DNA of 64,000 nucleotides from Lingula anatina. Taxonomy: Eukaryota; Animalia; Brachiopoda. Where the stretch lies: NCBI GenBank assembly GCA_051362555.1, contig CM120641.1:6448001-6512000 (forward strand). The letters run 5' to 3'. This document shows positions 63,201 through 64,000 of the stretch, in pieces; positions within the stretch are counted from its first letter, which is position 1; each line of letters begins with the position of its first letter. The notes beneath the pieces were generated by a model. It was not told the DNA's origin and did no database searches. It was given only the letters and a program-made list of their open reading frames with translations. Position numbers and translations under genes: made by a program.

Positions 63201-64000
63201 TTGTATCTTAGATAAAATGTTTTCTATGCTCAGGTGAAAATGGTAATGAAGCTATCAGACCCATTTGACAGATGTGAAATGTGAAGAACATGTAGAATAT
63301 AATTTTATCAATTTAATCTGATAAAACACATATTTCACCTCTTTAAGGAAATGTCTCATCATATATGTGAATGATAAACAAAACAGCCCTATGTGAACAT
63401 TACATATTTAATTTTGATGTGGTTCACATATCTTCAACTCAAGTGCTATAGATGAGTTTGTCATAGGTTGTAGTTTAAGAAGGTTAATGCTGTTTTCTCT
63501 TCCAGTGACCCCTGCCCCTACATGTCCAGCTGGCCAGTTCAGATGTAACAATGGGGACTGCATACAGTACCAGTTTGTGTGCAACAAAGTCAATGACTGC
63601 TCTGATATGTCAGATGAACAACATTGTGGCAAGTTATTTCCTATTCCTTTTCAAGATGGTCATTTGTCTGATTTGTGAAGTATTTCCATATTGCTGTCAT
63701 CTAGCTCTACTGCTGTATTATATCCATATGGTTTGGCCTTCAAATTGATAAAACTATTTCTTTATAAAACCTTATGGTAAAAAAGTAAGATGAACATTTA
63801 TTACCACATTATATCCTGTATAAGATAAGAAGGATTGCCCAGCACATAAATTGTCTTAAAAGCCTGAAGAGCTGAGTGATTTTATTAATTTATTTATTTT
63901 CAATTCTGTGTTGCATTTTAGGAGTGGATGAATGTGCTGAGGTAGTGTCGAACCAGTGTGAACACGACTGTGTGAACACGGTGACCAGTTTTCACTGTAC
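20549..64000 (+). CDS. LRP2: LDL receptor-related protein 2 (megalin)-like receptor; 57 coding exons visible, continues past the window end
   Basis: Signal-peptide exon 20549-20609 ([20 protein letters not shown]). Further exons: 23024-23149, 25187-25303, 29446-29568, 31227-31346, 31914-32045, 33514-33674, 34005-34095, 36019-36151, 37052-37264, 37490-37701, 39071-39202, 39595-39804, 40156-40351, 40822-40998, 41195-41283, 42619-42768, 43252-43518, 43743-43853, 44426-44545, 44894-45130, 45778-45906, 46240-46371, 46707-46838, 47434-47553, 47893-48015, 49279-49487, 49683-49867, 50086-50314, 50571-50748, 51107-51235, 51425-51606, 51855-52108, 52305-52479, 52764-52986, 53298-53423, 53692-53793, 54100-54291, 54577-54712, 55145-55316, 55792-55905, 56149-56260, 56424-56549, 57170-57409, 57731-57914, 58397-58555, 58921-59042, 59280-59390, 59660-59920, 60288-60404, 60697-60966, 61208-61309, 61675-61809, 62376-62630, 63031-63153, 63506-63628, 63922->64000. 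Architecture: LDLa x3, EGF/2 YWTD propellers, LDLa x8, EGF/4 YWTD propellers, LDLa x10, EGF. Segments such as [19 protein letters not shown] and [28 protein letters not shown] match remembered vertebrate LRP2 better than LRP1. Confidence 0.9.
21245..21358 (+). repeat. 57-bp tandem duplication in LRP2 intron 1
   Basis: gatttttactgcaagacacctgctttctttgca...gtcaaggatt.aatgtttggct twice. Confidence 0.9.
23196..23239. repeat. (TG)n microsatellite
   Basis: Direct inspection. Confidence 0.95.
27148..27390. mobile_element. Diverged fold-back MITE in LRP2 intron 3
   Basis: aatgaatctatcatacaagctgg...tcgctgaatgcaatca...taacagat versus atctgttag...tgattacattcagcga...ctagctggtatgatagattcatt. Confidence 0.7.
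32173..32380 (+). mobile_element. MITE family A, copy 1
   Basis: Shares gatctatcccc..ggggagtctcac, ggcttaaatgtc, gctgtaagggggtaattaactttt and atttagcgtgaacccccagggagttagg with 45167-45392. Confidence 0.75.
38328..38584 (+). mobile_element. MITE family A, diverged copy 2
   Basis: Contains agggggtaattaact and the right end gattgatcta...tgggaacccagtc shared with 45167-45392. Confidence 0.65.
44538..44703 (+). repeat. 80-bp tandem duplication that includes an LRP2 splice donor
   Basis: tggttgtg|gtaaggctattatgggttcttatg...aatgttttcc occurs at 44538 and 44618; the copies differ only by one tta unit. Confidence 0.95.
45167..45392 (+). mobile_element. MITE family A, copy 3
   Basis: TIR gactgcattcccacagat(a)tttagattgatctatc / gatggattgatctaaatctgtgggaacccagtc. 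Confidence 0.8.
48204..48282. repeat. Compound (TA)n(TG)n microsatellite
   Basis: Direct inspection. Confidence 0.95.
48401..49250 (+). mobile_element. Non-autonomous Helentron-associated (HINE/DINE-1-like) element
   Basis: 5' subterminal IR aggattcccc (48406-48415) with nearby inverted partner ggggaatact, then an (att)n microsatellite. Core contains tgaccttgacc...caaggtca repeats. 3' ggggaatcct (49207-49216), hairpin actggc-ttca-gccagt (49222-49237) and a T-run. Confidence 0.75.
54736..54935 (-). mobile_element. RTE-clade LINE 3' end with (GATAG)n-like tail
   Basis: Minus strand reads [35 protein letters not shown], typical of the RTE ORF C-terminus, followed by a gatag/gatta repeat tail. 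Confidence 0.75.
59660..63628 (+). other. LRP2-like ligand-binding cluster III (ten LDLa repeats)
   Basis: Ten LDLa repeats across exons 59660-63628, followed by a calcium-binding EGF start ([17 protein letters not shown]) at 63922. Confidence 0.85.

Overview
AT-rich, intron-dense animal genomic DNA; the repeat content suggests a lophotrochozoan or mollusc-like invertebrate, which is an inference. The window holds two intact, head-to-tail, 8-exon copies of a PLP-dependent serine racemase-family gene (5810-9486 and 14209-18683; 325 aa each; 16 amino-acid differences by manual comparison). It also holds the first 57 coding exons of a megalin/LRP2-like receptor gene (20549 to beyond 64000). The two racemase copies are separated by an L2/CR1-type LINE 3' remnant containing a nested TTAA-targeting, Kolobok-like DNA element. 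Many MITEs, a HINE/Helentron-like element and an RTE 3' end are scattered through introns. The most notable observation is that the downstream racemase copy differs by a tight cluster of replacement substitutions in the substrate-specificity ('triple serine') loop (PPY-DHQ...AGQ vs PSF-DYL...AGE). That copy has also lost the original upstream promoter, so it is a candidate young neofunctionalised D-amino-acid racemase. All exon boundaries were read by eye from splice signals and reading-frame continuity; no database searches were run.
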